Shown here one piece after another: positions 9,445 to 19,304 of a DNA stretch of 53,188 nt; position 1 is the stretch's first letter, and the number at the start of each line of letters is the position of its first letter. The stretch lies in contig JAVKIJ010000010.1 of the NCBI GenBank assembly GCA_031459535.1, forward strand, positions 1-53,188, given 5' to 3'. Source of the stretch: Candidatus Fervidifonticultor quintus. Its GTDB lineage: Bacteria; Sysuimicrobiota; Sysuimicrobiia; Sysuimicrobiales; Humicultoraceae. The position numbers were made by a program, and so were the translations under genes. Below the pieces are notes generated by a model that did no database searches, was not told where the DNA came from, and was given only the letters and a program-made list of their open reading frames with translations.

Positions 9445-11802
9445 TTAACGGTTCACCGGGGCATCGGGCGGGTGACCGTCCGTCACCGTGATGGTTCGCG
9501 ACGCGCGGGCGCCGTTGAGGCCGAGCGCGGAGACCGCGATGAGGTATTGCGTCCCCACGGCGCGGTAGGCCGGGCGGAACTCGTAGACAAAGCGGCCCTC
9601 GGCATCGGTCTGCATCGCCACCTCCGCCACCCTGGCCCCACCGCCGACACCGCCCGCAGTCACCACAATGGTAACCATGGCGCCCACGGCTGAGGTGCCC
9701 TGGATGACAAACGGCGGCGCCAGGTACGCACCGCTGGCGGGGGTGAGGATAGTCAGCGGGAGTTCCTCGGACGCCGCTGGACCCTGCGCCGCTGCCGGGA
9801 GGGCGTACTGAGTGGGCGCCGAAGCGCGGGTGAACACCTCCCGCCGGGGATCGGGGCAATCGCGCGTCGCGAGCTGCCAGCTGCCCGCGCACACCGTGGC
9901 CACCACCACGCCCTCGGGCGGCGTCCAGTCTTCGGGGGGATCGGAGGCCGTGGCGACCTTCATGAAGGACGCCCAGATGCGCGCCGGGATCATGCCGCCC
10001 GTGACGCGGTTCATGGGGCTGTTGTCGTCGTTGCCCACCCAGACCGCCGCCGATAGGCGCGGTGTGTACCCGATGAACCAGGCGTTGCGGTAGTCGTCGG
10101 TGGTGCCGGTCTTGCCGGCCGCGGGCTTGCCGATGTTGGCCGCGGTCCCGGTGCCGTGCCTGATGACCCCCTTCAAGATATCGGTCATCACGTAGGCCAC
10201 ATCGGCGGGGATGCCCACCTGCCGGTGCGGCCGGTGGTCCTCCAGCACCTTCCCTCGAGCATCGACAACCTTGACGACGGACAGCGGCCTCACCCGCAAC
10301 CCGCCGTTGGCCAGCGTCGCAAACGCCGTCGCCATCTCCAGCGGGGTCACATCGGCCGAGCCCAGGGCCAGCGACAGGTGCGGAGCCAGCGGGCTCTCGA
10401 TGCCCATCGCCCGGGCCGTCTCCGCCACCTTCTGCGGGCCCAGTTCATAGGTCATGCGGGCCGCGGGTACGTTGATCGACCGCTCGACTGCCCGCCGCAG
10501 CGTTACTGGTCCGGAGAACTTCCCGTCATAGTTCTTCGGCGACCAGTCCCGCGCGCCGGCGATGCGGTAGGTCACCGGTGAATCGTCGAGGATACGCGTC
10601 GGCGGGATGCCCTCGGCGATCGCCGTGGTGTACACGAACACCTTGAACGCCGAACCAGGCTGGCGGCGAGCCTGCCAGGCGCGGTTGAACTGGCTGGCGG
10701 CGAAGTCCACTCCGCCGATCATGGCGCGAATGGCGCCGGTGCGGGGATCGACGGCCACCAGCGCTCCCTGCTCGATCTTCAGCCTGGCGCGACGGGCGGC
10801 GGCGATGCCGTCTCGCACCGCGCGCTCCGCCGCGGCCTGCATACCGGGGTCTAGCGTGGTGTAGATCTGCAATCCGCCCTTGTAGACCAGGTCCTCGCCG
10901 AAGCGCTCGAGCAACCGTGGCAGGATATGTGAGACGAAGTACGGTGCCCTGATCCCGGCCAGTCCCGCGTTGGTCGCGGGCGCCAGCGTGATCCTGGCCG
11001 CGCGGGCTCTGGCGGCCTCCTCGGTGCTGATGTAACCCGAGGCGGCCATCCGGGCCAGCACGATCTCCTGCTGCTGCTTCGCCCGGGCGAAGCTCCGGTA
11101 CGGCGAGTAGACCGAGGGCGCCCGGATCAACCCGGCCAGCAACGCCGCTTCAGACAGCGTCACGTCCCTGACCGACTTCCCGAAGTAGACGCGCGCGGCC
11201 ATTTCCACACCGTAGGCGCCCTGGCCGAAGTAGACCTGGTTGAGGTAGCGCTCGAGGATCTCTTCCTTGGTCAGCCGGCGCTCGATCTCAAGCGCCAGGA
11301 ACACCTCGGCCAGTTTGCGGCTGACGGTCCGCTCCTGGGTGAGGAACAGGTTGCGCGCGAGCTGCTGGGTGATCGTGCTGCCCCCCTCCACCACCTCGCC
11401 TTCGCGCACGTTGCGCCACAGGGCACGGATGATCCCGCGCGGATCCACCCCTCGATGGGCGTAGAACCGCTCGTCCTCCATGGCCAGCACGGCCTGCCGC
11501 ATGACGGGCGGGATCTCGGTGAGCGGCACGAGCTGCCGGTTCTCTCGGAAGAGGGACGCAATGAGCTCTCCGTTGGCCGCGTAGATGCGGGTTGCCTGGC
11601 TGGGCGGCTCGTAGAGCCGCGAGACGTCCCGCACCTGGGCCCCGATGGCCACCGCGGCGCCGACGGCCAGGCCGCCGGCCAGCAGCACGAGGACGGCCAG
11701 CAGCAGCAACGCCCACAATGCGCCTCTCCACGACAGCCGCCCGCGTCGGAGGCGGCGGGCCTGGAACTTCCGGGTGGCAGACGATACGCGCCTGGGCGAC
11801 AT
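9445..11802 (-). CDS. Class A penicillin-binding protein (PBP1A family)
   Basis: TM anchor, EDERFYAHRG, GGSTITQQLARN, RQPGSAFK (SxxK), SIN, KTGT. Confidence 0.93.
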   Translation of the reverse strand: MSPRRVSSATRKFQARRLRRGRLSWRGALWALLLLAVLVLLAGGLAVGAAVAIGAQVRDVSRLYEPPSQATRIYAANGELIASLFRENRQLVPLTEIPPVMRQAVLAMEDERFYAHRGVDPRGIIRALWRNVREGEVVEGGSTITQQLARNLFLTQERTVSRKLAEVFLALEIERRLTKEEILERYLNQVYFGQGAYGVEMAARVYFGKSVRDVTLSEAALLAGLIRAPSVYSPYRSFARAKQQQEIVLARMAASGYISTEEAARARAARITLAPATNAGLAGIRAPYFVSHILPRLLERFGEDLVYKGGLQIYTTLDPGMQAAAERAVRDGIAAARRARLKIEQGALVAVDPRTGAIRAMIGGVDFAASQFNRAWQARRQPGSAFKVFVYTTAIAEGIPPTRILDDSPVTYRIAGARDWSPKNYDGKFSGPVTLRRAVERSINVPAARMTYELGPQKVAETARAMGIESPLAPHLSLALGSADVTPLEMATAFATLANGGLRVRPLSVVKVVDARGKVLEDHRPHRQVGIPADVAYVMTDILKGVIRHGTGTAANIGKPAAGKTGTTDDYRNAWFIGYTPRLSAAVWVGNDDNSPMNRVTGGMIPARIWASFMKVATASDPPEDWTPPEGVVVATVCAGSWQLATRDCPDPRREVFTRASAPTQYALPAAAQGPAASEELPLTILTPASGAYLAPPFVIQGTSAVGAMVTIVVTAGGVGGGARVAEVAMQTDAEGRFVYEFRPAYRAVGTQYLIAVSALGLNGARASRTITVTDGHPPDAPVNR

Positions 11803-11950
11803 ACAGTAACCGGGCGGCCGCGAGGACCGGACCCGCCCTATTCTAGCACAGACCAGCGCGCGGCCTGTCCCACTCCCTGCGCGCGTCCGCAGCGTGCCGT
11901 GCAGGGCGGCCTTGACCTCGCTCCGCGGCCCGTGCTACGGTCGCGCTATC

Positions 11951-13066
11951 GTGAGCACGCTGCCGGGGCGTCCCGTGGTGATCAAGGTGGGTACGACCAC
12001 CCTGTGCGGCTCGACCGGTCGCCCGCAGCCGGTCCGGCTGTCGGCGATCTGCTCGCAACTGGCGGCGCTGCACCGGGGCGGCCGGTCGGTGGTGTTGGTG
12101 ACCTCGGGAGCTATTGCCACCGGCGCCGCCGAGATGGGCCGGTCGGTCCGCGGGCTGTCCATGCCCGATCGCCAGGCGCTGGCCGCCGTGGGGCAGCCGC
12201 TGCTCATGCGCGCGTACACCCGCGCCCTGGCCGCCCGGGGCATCCGCGTCGCCCAGGTGCTGCTCACCGGCGACGACCTCGCCGTGCGGCGGCGCTACCT
12301 CAACGCGCGGCACACCATCACCGTCCTGCTGCGCCAGCGCGTGATCCCCATCGTCAATGAGAACGACACCGTGGCCACCGACGAGATTCGCATCGGCGAC
12401 AACGATACGCTGGCGGCGCAGGTGGCCATCCTGGTGGGCGCGGATCTGCTCGTCATTCTCTCGGATGTGGACGGCCTGTACACCGCCGATCCGCGCCGCA
12501 ACGGACGTGCGCAGCGCATCTGCGAAGTCACCGGCATCGGGCCCGAGATCGCGCGGCTGGCGCGGCGGAGCAGTTCAGCGGTGGGCACCGGTGGCATGCA
12601 GACGAAGATCGCGGCGGCCCGGCTGGCGGGCGCCGCAGGCTGCACCGTGGTGGTCGCCGACGGGCAGACGCCGCGCGTCGCCGAACGGATCGTCGCGGGC
12701 GAACGGCTGGGGACGTGGTTTCTCGCCGCGGGGCGCCCCCTGGCAGGACGCAAACGATGGCTGATCGCCAGCGCCCGGCTGCGGGGACGCATTGTAGTGG
12801 ACGACGGCGCCGCGCGCGCCCTGCGCCACGGCGGCCGCAGCCTGCTGCCCACGGGCATCAGAGAACTGGCGGGAAGTTTCGGTGCCGGCGACTTGGTCGC
12901 CGTCGTGGACCAGGCCGGCCGTGAGATCGCCCGTGGGATCGCTGCCCACGACCGAGCGACCCTGGAACGCATGAAGGGACGGCGCAGCCATGAGATCGCC
13001 GAGCTGGCCGGGGGCCGCGTTGAGGCCATTCACAGGGACGATCTCGTGCTCTCGCCGGAGCCATAG
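11951..13066 (+). CDS. proB: Glutamate 5-kinase with PUA domain
   Basis: VVIKVGT, VTSGAI, PIVNENDTV, GDNDTL, GTGGMQTK; GTG start at 11951 is inferred. Confidence 0.93.
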   Translation: MSTLPGRPVVIKVGTTTLCGSTGRPQPVRLSAICSQLAALHRGGRSVVLVTSGAIATGAAEMGRSVRGLSMPDRQALAAVGQPLLMRAYTRALAARGIRVAQVLLTGDDLAVRRRYLNARHTITVLLRQRVIPIVNENDTVATDEIRIGDNDTLAAQVAILVGADLLVILSDVDGLYTADPRRNGRAQRICEVTGIGPEIARLARRSSSAVGTGGMQTKIAAARLAGAAGCTVVVADGQTPRVAERIVAGERLGTWFLAAGRPLAGRKRWLIASARLRGRIVVDDGAARALRHGGRSLLPTGIRELAGSFGAGDLVAVVDQAGREIARGIAAHDRATLERMKGRRSHEIAELAGGRVEAIHRDDLVLSPEP

Positions 13067-13084
13067 CCGGTCGAGGCGTCGGCC

Positions 13085-14353
13085 GTGCGCGTCGAGGTTG
13101 CTGACATTCCTGCGGTGGTCGCCCGGGCCCGCACCGCAGCCGCGGCCCTGCGCGTGCTTCCCACGAGCGAGAAGGACCGTGCGCTGCGGACCCTGGCCGA
13201 CCTGCTGGAAGCCGAGAGCGAGGCCCTCCTGGCGGCCAACGCCGGCGATGTGGCCGACGCCGCATCATCGGGGCGCCGGCCGGCTCTGGTGGACCGGCTC
13301 CGGCTGACGCCCGAGCGGATCCGCGCCATGGCGCAGGGTGTGCGGCGGGTGGCGGCCCTGCCCGATCCCGTCGGCGAGATGCTCCATGCCAGAACCATGC
13401 CCAACGGCATGCGCCTGGCGCAGATGCGCGTGCCGGTCGGCGTGATTCTCATGATCTACGAGGCTCGACCCAACGTCACCGTGGACGCCGCGGCCCTCTG
13501 CGTCAAGGCCGGCAATGCAAGCATCCTCCGGGGCGGACGGGAGGCGCGGCGGTCCAACGCGTTCCTCGGCGGCCTCCTGATGCGGATCGGGCTGCCCGCC
13601 GGCACAGTGCAGGTGATCGCGGAGTCCGACCACGACCTGGTGACCGGGCTCCTGCGCGCAGACGGGATTGATCTCTGCATTCCCCGGGGCGGTGAGCGCC
13701 TCATCCGATCGGTCGTCGAGCACGCGCGCATGCCGGTGCTCAAGCACTTCAAGGGCGCCTGCCACATGTTCGTGGATCGGGATGCCGACCTGGACATGGC
13801 CGGGCGGCTCGTCGTCAATGCCAAGACACACCGCCCCAGCACTTGCAACGCACTGGAGACCCTCTTGATCGACGCGCCCGTCGCCGAGGCGTTCCTGCCT
13901 CGCGTGGTGCGCCTGCTGCGCGCCGCAGGCGTTGAGGTGCGCGGCGACGAGCGTACCCGGGCGGTACTGCAGCGCGTGGATCCGCCGCTGGCAGCGGAGG
14001 TCGTCCCGGCGACCGAGGCCGATTGGGGCGCGGAGTATCTGGACCTGATCCTGGGCGTGCGCATCACAGACGGTCTCGACGAGGCCCTAGCCCACATCCA
14101 GCAGTACAGCACCGGCCTGGCCGACGCCATCGTCACGCAGGATCAGGAGCGGGCGCAACGGTTCGTGGCCGCCGTGGACAGCGCTGCGGTGCTGGTGAAC
14201 GCCTCGACGCGCCTGGTGGACGGCGGTGAGTTTGGACTGGGCGCCGAGATCGGGATCAGCACCGACCGTATCGGCCCCCGCGGGCCCATGGGGCTGGCGG
14301 AGCTGACCTCGCTGAAGTGGGTGGTGATGGGCACGGGGCAGGTCCGCCAGTAG
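13085..14353 (+). CDS. proA: Gamma-glutamyl phosphate reductase
   Basis: VPVGVI.MIYEARPNVT, CNALET, VNASTR..DGGEFGLGAEIGIST; follows proB. Confidence 0.95.
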   Translation: MRVEVADIPAVVARARTAAAALRVLPTSEKDRALRTLADLLEAESEALLAANAGDVADAASSGRRPALVDRLRLTPERIRAMAQGVRRVAALPDPVGEMLHARTMPNGMRLAQMRVPVGVILMIYEARPNVTVDAAALCVKAGNASILRGGREARRSNAFLGGLLMRIGLPAGTVQVIAESDHDLVTGLLRADGIDLCIPRGGERLIRSVVEHARMPVLKHFKGACHMFVDRDADLDMAGRLVVNAKTHRPSTCNALETLLIDAPVAEAFLPRVVRLLRAAGVEVRGDERTRAVLQRVDPPLAAEVVPATEADWGAEYLDLILGVRITDGLDEALAHIQQYSTGLADAIVTQDQERAQRFVAAVDSAAVLVNASTRLVDGGEFGLGAEIGISTDRIGPRGPMGLAELTSLKWVVMGTGQVRQ

Positions 14354-14453
14354 CCGCCGCGTCGTGTGTCGCTAAGCGCCACACCAGGCCAACACCGCCG
14401 AAAAGGCAGGTGCCACATTGCCCACAGAATCCCCAGCCGAGGTCCCACGGCCG

Positions 14454-14611
14454 TCATACGATGGCGCCCGCGCCGGGAGCCTCTCGAAGGCCTCCTGCGA
14501 TCCCAATCTTGCCGCGGTTCGCACACAAGTAGTCGAAGTGCGCAGGCGATTGCCCCCTTTTCGAATCCAATCCAGGTCCGCATTGTCGTCGAAGATGGCG
14601 ACCCATGGCAC
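14454..14611 (-). pseudogene. Frameshifted YciI-like gene remnant
   Basis: GGGAGG RBS; GTG start VPWVAIFDDNADLDWIRK, then a frame change to QSPAHFDYLCANRGKIGIAGGLREAPG, which resembles the YciI pattern R...H..YL......I..AG.L. Confidence 0.5.
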
Positions 14612-14674
14612 TCCAGCGCTCGCCTCCCGTTCTGCCCCTGTCAGCTTCTTCGCCGGAGATCTCTGCAGCCGGTG

Positions 14675-14733
14675 CGTCAACGGCTCGCGGCTCAGCCACG
14701 CAGCAGTCTGCGCAGCTGAGCCGTCGGTTAGGC
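14675..14733 (-). repeat. attC-like (59-bp element) integron cassette recombination site, degenerate
   Basis: Minus strand GCCTAAC-CGACGGCTCAGCTGCGCAG-ACTG-CTGCGTGGCTGAGCCGCGAGCC-GTTGACG: RYYYAAC end, GTT end, internal inverted repeat, 59 bp. Confidence 0.65.
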
Positions 14734-14818
14734 GACACCCAATTCGACGAACTCCCCCTTCCGATGGAGGCGGAAGTGGCAAACCCTCTTCCTTCAGGCT
14801 CTCGGCATCGGAGGCATC

Positions 14819-15652
14819 CTACAGCTGACCCGGCATGAACGCTGTCGCGTACCAGAGGAGGGTGATCGCCAGGCCGCGGTAGGGTGTGATGAGTCCGTCC
14901 AGCGTGCGCCGAAGGCGGCCGTGGAACTCCACCTTGTGGTGAAGACTGATCAGTGCTGTCTCGAAGGCAAAGCCGACAGAGCCGATGGCGAAGACCACCA
15001 CCGCAAGCGAGAGCACGGGATTGGTCGACGGCCAAAGCACCGATAGTCCCCGGGCGCAGACCGACCCGTAGGTGATAGCGGCAGCGATTGAGACGACGGG
15101 GATCGCGACAGAGGCCAGGGGCTTGACACCGAGAAGAGTGTGCAGCCAGGCCTCCAGCCGGAGAGCGCCGGCCAGAAGGGAGAAAAGGAGGATCCAGGTG
15201 GACACACGTGCCAGCGTGGACAGGCCGACGGAGAGGAGAAGCGGGCGCATACCAAGCCAGCTCATCGAGAGGGAGAGGTAGAAGCCAAGGTTGGAGACTA
15301 GGTAGAGAATGGAGCGTATGGCCGTCTGATCCGTGGTGGTCGGGGCGTTCAATGCCGCACTGCGCAAGGTGGCAAACATGACGGCCGTCCCCATGAGCAT
15401 AACGAAGGCAATCAGGAACAGGGCCATCACATCACCAAAATACGGCGTTCGAGCCACACGTGACAGGTTCGCGAGAAAGACGCTTGCGGCAACGGTGAAA
15501 CCTGCCGAGGGAGAGATAATCGCCGCGTAGGCCCCACTCAGGGAGGCGAGGTCCCACCTCAGGGAGTCCGCGGGGGAGCGACGACCTGTGGCCAGCCATC
15601 CGGAGAGGGCAGCTGTAAGAACCACGAGCGCAAAGAGTCCCACTAACCACAT
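14819..15652 (-). CDS. Hypothetical multi-pass membrane protein (possible cassette gene)
   Basis: Long hydrophobic ORF that looks less GC-biased than its neighbours; lies between two attC-like sites; start uncertain. Confidence 0.65.
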   Translation of the reverse strand: MWLVGLFALVVLTAALSGWLATGRRSPADSLRWDLASLSGAYAAIISPSAGFTVAASVFLANLSRVARTPYFGDVMALFLIAFVMLMGTAVMFATLRSAALNAPTTTDQTAIRSILYLVSNLGFYLSLSMSWLGMRPLLLSVGLSTLARVSTWILLFSLLAGALRLEAWLHTLLGVKPLASVAIPVVSIAAAITYGSVCARGLSVLWPSTNPVLSLAVVVFAIGSVGFAFETALISLHHKVEFHGRLRRTLDGLITPYRGLAITLLWYATAFMPGQL

Positions 15653-15702
15653 GGCCGCCCCCCCCATTCGGCGATGCGCGCTCCCTCGGCAAAGTGCTTC
15701 GC

Positions 15703-15765
15703 TGCCAACGCTCCGGTTCAACGGCGGGCCGCTTGCGGTCCGTCTGTCAAGACCGGTTGTCACTT
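15703..15765 (-). repeat. Second attC-like site, degenerate at its R'' end
   Basis: Minus strand AGTGACAACCGGTC...GACGGACCGC-AA-GCGGCCCGCCGTTGAACCGGAGC-GTTGGCA, an imperfect hairpin ending in a GTT core; intergenic. Confidence 0.55.
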
Positions 15766-15801
15766 TCCGCTATGCGCGACGCAAGAGAACTGATCTGCAA
15801 T

Positions 15802-16161
15802 CTACCGGGACTTGGCGTAGTCAATCATGCCCTGGAAGTCTACGATGACCGCGGGCTCGTCGCCGACGACCCACGCGTCGTGACCCGATGGAAGAAGCGA
15901 CACATCGCCCGGCCGGCACTCAAACTCCGTGCCGTCGTCCATTCGGACCTTCAGCACTCCTGAAACGTGATACTGAAAGTGCGCAGCTTCGCAGCTCCTG
16001 GTCTTCGCGAGCGGTTGGACCGAGGTCGCCCATCTCCATCCCGGCTCGAAGATGGCACGACCCACCGTCGCTCCCCCGACCTTGACCAGTTCCAGTCGGC
16101 CTTTCGGGAATTCACGAACCTCGTCCGGCTCACCGAAGCTCTTGAGTTCTGCCTTCTCCAT
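15802..16161 (-). CDS. Cupin-domain protein
   Basis: RBS AGGAGG; FEPGWRW, SCEAAHFQYHVSG, PGDV..LPSGHDAWVVG. Confidence 0.85.
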   Translation of the reverse strand: MEKAELKSFGEPDEVREFPKGRLELVKVGGATVGRAIFEPGWRWATSVQPLAKTRSCEAAHFQYHVSGVLKVRMDDGTEFECRPGDVSLLPSGHDAWVVGDEPAVIVDFQGMIDYAKSR

Positions 16162-16281
16162 CTTGCGCCTCCTGCTCGCTCGATTGTGGAGCAACTGGCT
16201 CACAGGCCGACGTACACGGCCAACGCATGGACCGCCACTAGATCGAGCCGCTCGCCCGGCTGAGCTCCGACGGCCGGGTGT

Positions 16282-16719
16282 CTAACTTCCGCCTTGTCCG
16301 GGCGAGGGGATCGCGCCAAGTTGCTGCATCATGCCCATCCCATCCATCTGGCCCCAATGTTCCACACACTTGCCCCCAGCAATGCGGAGGATGTCGCTCA
16401 CTCCGAAGGACACCCTCTTACCGGTTGGCGGCACGCCCATGAACTCGCCTCTCTGGGTACCGGTCCAGGTCTGGCGGATCACGACATTGTCGCCCTCGGC
16501 GACAATGTCGTCTATCGTGGCCTTGAAGTCTGGGAAGGCGCCGCGCAATGCGGCGACCAACAGCTTGACACCCTCACGACTGCGCGGCATGCCAGGCGGA
16601 AGTGCTTCACGCTCAACGAAGTCGGGCGCCAACAACTCGTCGACCCGCGCCGTGTTCCCCCGATTGAAGACTTCTTCCACGATGTGGCGGGCTAGCGCGT
16701 TGTTCTGCTCTGTTGACAT
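16282..16719 (-). CDS. SnoaL-like ester cyclase family protein
   Basis: AFPDFKATIDDIVAEGD, GTQRGEFMGVPPTGKRV, VEHW. Confidence 0.88.
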   Translation of the reverse strand: MSTEQNNALARHIVEEVFNRGNTARVDELLAPDFVEREALPPGMPRSREGVKLLVAALRGAFPDFKATIDDIVAEGDNVVIRQTWTGTQRGEFMGVPPTGKRVSFGVSDILRIAGGKCVEHWGQMDGMGMMQQLGAIPSPGQGGS

Positions 16720-16972
16720 TGCTGGTCTCCCTCACTTGAAGCAGGATACGATCACACTGGCTCCCTGAGGCTGGTGGCTCGGTCGGTTCATATACCCCCT
16801 TTCGTCGCCCCGCGTGCCGCATGCAAGACGGCTGCGTCACGGCCAGCGGTGGCCTTACCCGCGGCGGCGATCCAGGGGCTGCAGGGCCCCGGCAGCCCGG
16901 ATGCCACCGAAGGCACGGTAGGAACGTGCGGGTTCGGCGACCAGGGTTTTCCTCTCTGCTGGGTGTGCGGGC

Positions 16973-17048
16973 TGGTGGAGACGAGCGGACTCGAACCGCC
17001 GACCCCCTCGTTGCGAACGAGGTGCTCTCCCAGCTGAGCTACGTCCCC
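16973..17048 (-). tRNA. tRNA-Ala(CGC)
   Basis: GGGGACGTAGCTCAGCTGGGAGAGCACCTCGTT-CGC-AACGAGGGGGTCGGCGGTTCGAGTCCGCTCGTCTCCACCA; cloverleaf, G3:U70 pair, encoded CCA. Confidence 0.97.
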
Positions 17049-17059
17049 AGACAGGAGCG

Positions 17060-17088
17060 ATTATACGCCCGCGGCGCGATGGGCGCAA
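17060..17088 (-). promoter_or_regulatory. sigma70-type promoter of tRNA-Ala
   Basis: TTGCGC-17 bp-TATAAT on the minus strand just upstream of the tRNA. Confidence 0.75.
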
Positions 17089-17151
17089 TCGCCGGACGGA
17101 CCCACGCGGACAGACCCATCGAGAGGCCGCACCGGGCCGGGGCCGGTGCGA

Positions 17152-17586
17152 TCACCGCTCTTTTGGCCAGGGTGCCCACCGCCGTAGCAACACCCCTGCG
17201 GCACCGGCGGCCCACATCACCGGCACGGGCTGCGCCAGCAGCAGCAACCCCACCGGGCCGACCAGGTCCAGCAGGTGCCGGAGGCGCACCCAGGTCTCAG
17301 GCACGACCAGCACCGGCAGCGGTGCCAGGACGATGCCCCAGATGCCGCGCAGCAGGAACCCGAAGACACCTCCTTCGACAATCGCCGGCACGTAGCTGGC
17401 GCTCCAGCCGGCGCGGCGCGGGTCCCAGTTCCCCAGGGCGATCTCGACCGCGAAGCCCGCGAGATAGGCCACGGCGAGTGCGCGAAGCAGGCGCCCCCAG
17501 CAGGACCGGCTCGCCCAGGACCGACGCCACCGGTGCGACCGCCGGCCTCGTTCCATTCGGACAGGCGCCGTCGGCCCAAGCGGCAC
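17152..17586 (-). CDS. Hypothetical membrane protein
   Basis: GAGGGG before a GTG start, directly after the SDR stop; hydrophobic segments. Confidence 0.45.
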   Translation of the reverse strand: MPLGPTAPVRMERGRRSHRWRRSWASRSCWGRLLRALAVAYLAGFAVEIALGNWDPRRAGWSASYVPAIVEGGVFGFLLRGIWGIVLAPLPVLVVPETWVRLRHLLDLVGPVGLLLLAQPVPVMWAAGAAGVLLRRWAPWPKER

Positions 17587-17596
17587 GGCAAACCCC

Positions 17597-18310
17597 TCAC
17601 AACCGAAGTGACGCGGGCACCACTGGGTCTTCGAACGTCACCTCAGGATGTCGCGCCAGGTAGAGTACGAGGTCCGCGACGGCTTGGGGCGAGAGGAGCC
17701 GGGCCGGATCGAAGTCCGGGGTGGCAGCCCAGCGCATGGGCGTGTCCATCGGCGCCGGGGCCAGGCAGGCGACGCGGACGCCGCGGGTCTTGACCTCCTG
17801 GGCCAGGGCCCGGGAGAACCCGATCACGGCGGCCTTGGCGGCGCTGTAGGCGGTCACGTTGGCCGCGCCGGTGAGGGCGACCCGTGAGGCGACGTTGAGG
17901 ATCAACCCGCGCCCGGCGGCCAGCATGGGCCGTAGCGCCGCACGGTTCGTCAGGAACACGGAGCGCGTGTTGGCGGCAAAGACCTCCTCCCAGTCGGCCA
18001 GGGTCACGTCCGGAAGCGGCTTGATCAATGCGGCGCCAGCGCAGACCAGGAGCAGGTCCACCCGTCCTCTCCAGTCGAGGACCTCGGCGACCATGCGTTC
18101 GGCCCCGGTCTCCGTCGAGGCGTCTGCCACGACCGCGCGGGCCCTCCCACCGCCCTGCGCGATCTCGGCGACCACGGCTTCCACCTGCGAAGCGGTCCGG
18201 GCCGCTACGACTATCTCCATGCCCTGCCGGGCGAGGGTGCGGGCCACTGCGTGGCCCAGCCCCCGGCCGCCACCGACGACGACGGCGACCTGCCCGCTCA
18301 GATCGTCCAT
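17597..18310 (-). CDS. Short-chain dehydrogenase/reductase
   Basis: VVVGGGRGLG, ILNVAS, YSAAK catalytic motif. Confidence 0.9.
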   Translation of the reverse strand: MDDLSGQVAVVVGGGRGLGHAVARTLARQGMEIVVAARTASQVEAVVAEIAQGGGRARAVVADASTETGAERMVAEVLDWRGRVDLLLVCAGAALIKPLPDVTLADWEEVFAANTRSVFLTNRAALRPMLAAGRGLILNVASRVALTGAANVTAYSAAKAAVIGFSRALAQEVKTRGVRVACLAPAPMDTPMRWAATPDFDPARLLSPQAVADLVLYLARHPEVTFEDPVVPASLRL

Positions 18311-18382
18311 GGACGCCTCCGCCTCGATGCGCAGCCCGCACCGTTGCAGGTCCGCACCGGCACCGCTACTGTGAAGACAACT

Positions 18383-19147
18383 ATGGATCATCACTTCCCG
18401 GCCTCGTTCTCCCAGACCTTCCAGGTTCGCTACCACGAGTGCGGTGCCGACCGCTCGGTGCGCGCAGCGGCCCACCTGCAGTTATTTCAGGAGATCGCCT
18501 TCAGCCTCTCGGCCGCATGTGGATTCCCGCTGGCCTGGTACGAGGCCCGGCGCCTGTTCTGGGTCACGCGGCGCGTGCACCTGGTCGTCCATCTGCGGGC
18601 GCAGTACGGCGAGCGGCTCACGTACACCACCCGGCTCGTCGGCGCGCGCCGTGTCCTCGCCCGCCGCATCAACACCGCCACGCGGACATCGGACAACGCC
18701 CTGGTGGCGACCTGCCTGACCGACTGGGTGTTCACGCGGGACGGAACGGCCGCGGTGCGCATCGACCAGGGCCTGGTGGCCGCGTTCCCCGCGATGAGCC
18801 GACCGGTGGCGCCGATCGCGCTGGACGACCCGACCCCGCCTCCCACCATGGCGTATGCGCCAGTGCACATCCGCGCCAGCGACCTGGACGGTGTGGGTCA
18901 CGTCAATCATCCGGTCTATGTGGACCTGCTCGACGACGCGGTGATCCGCGGGGGCGGAGGGCGAAGCGTCGCCGCGCACCCGCGGACCTATGCTGTGCAA
19001 TATCACGCCGCGACCCAGCCCGGGGATCCCCTGCGCGACGCGGCCTGGGAGGACGGCGGAGGGTGGCGCTACCGTCTGGAGCGAGCCGACGGTAGCCTGG
19101 TGCTGCATGGACAGCTGAGCCCGGAAGAAACTGTTCTCGACGGGTAG
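18383..19147 (+). CDS. Acyl-ACP thioesterase (double hotdog)
   Basis: FQVRYHECG, LQLFQE, IRASDLDGVGHVNHPVY. Confidence 0.82.
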   Translation: MDHHFPASFSQTFQVRYHECGADRSVRAAAHLQLFQEIAFSLSAACGFPLAWYEARRLFWVTRRVHLVVHLRAQYGERLTYTTRLVGARRVLARRINTATRTSDNALVATCLTDWVFTRDGTAAVRIDQGLVAAFPAMSRPVAPIALDDPTPPPTMAYAPVHIRASDLDGVGHVNHPVYVDLLDDAVIRGGGGRSVAAHPRTYAVQYHAATQPGDPLRDAAWEDGGGWRYRLERADGSLVLHGQLSPEETVLDG

Positions 19148-19304
19148 CGCCGCTCGCGCCCGCAAGGGGCCGGGCTCTTTGGCCCACCAGAAGGAGCCGA
19201 CCGCCAGCCAGTCGAATCCACGCCCAATTTCTTCAACAAAGGACCAACGAATCCGTTCCCACGCATCCGGTGCCGGCATCTAGCACGACCAAGGGGGGAG
19301 GAAG

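Noticed and set aside
9422-9892. N-terminal extension of YebC in the ORF track (similarly for infC, rpmI, the metalloenzyme and proB)
   Set aside because: Extensions overlap neighbouring genes or leaders; the conserved N-termini start further downstream.
16215-16290. Third attC site between the SnoaL-like and cupin genes
   Set aside because: GTT cores (GTTAGAC, GTTGGCC) and a small hairpin are present, but I could not build a paired R''/L''/L'/R' structure.
16770-16972. Integrative element with att repeat at tRNA-Ala (likewise at tRNA-Ile)
   Set aside because: No duplicated tRNA 3' end and no integrase found in the window.
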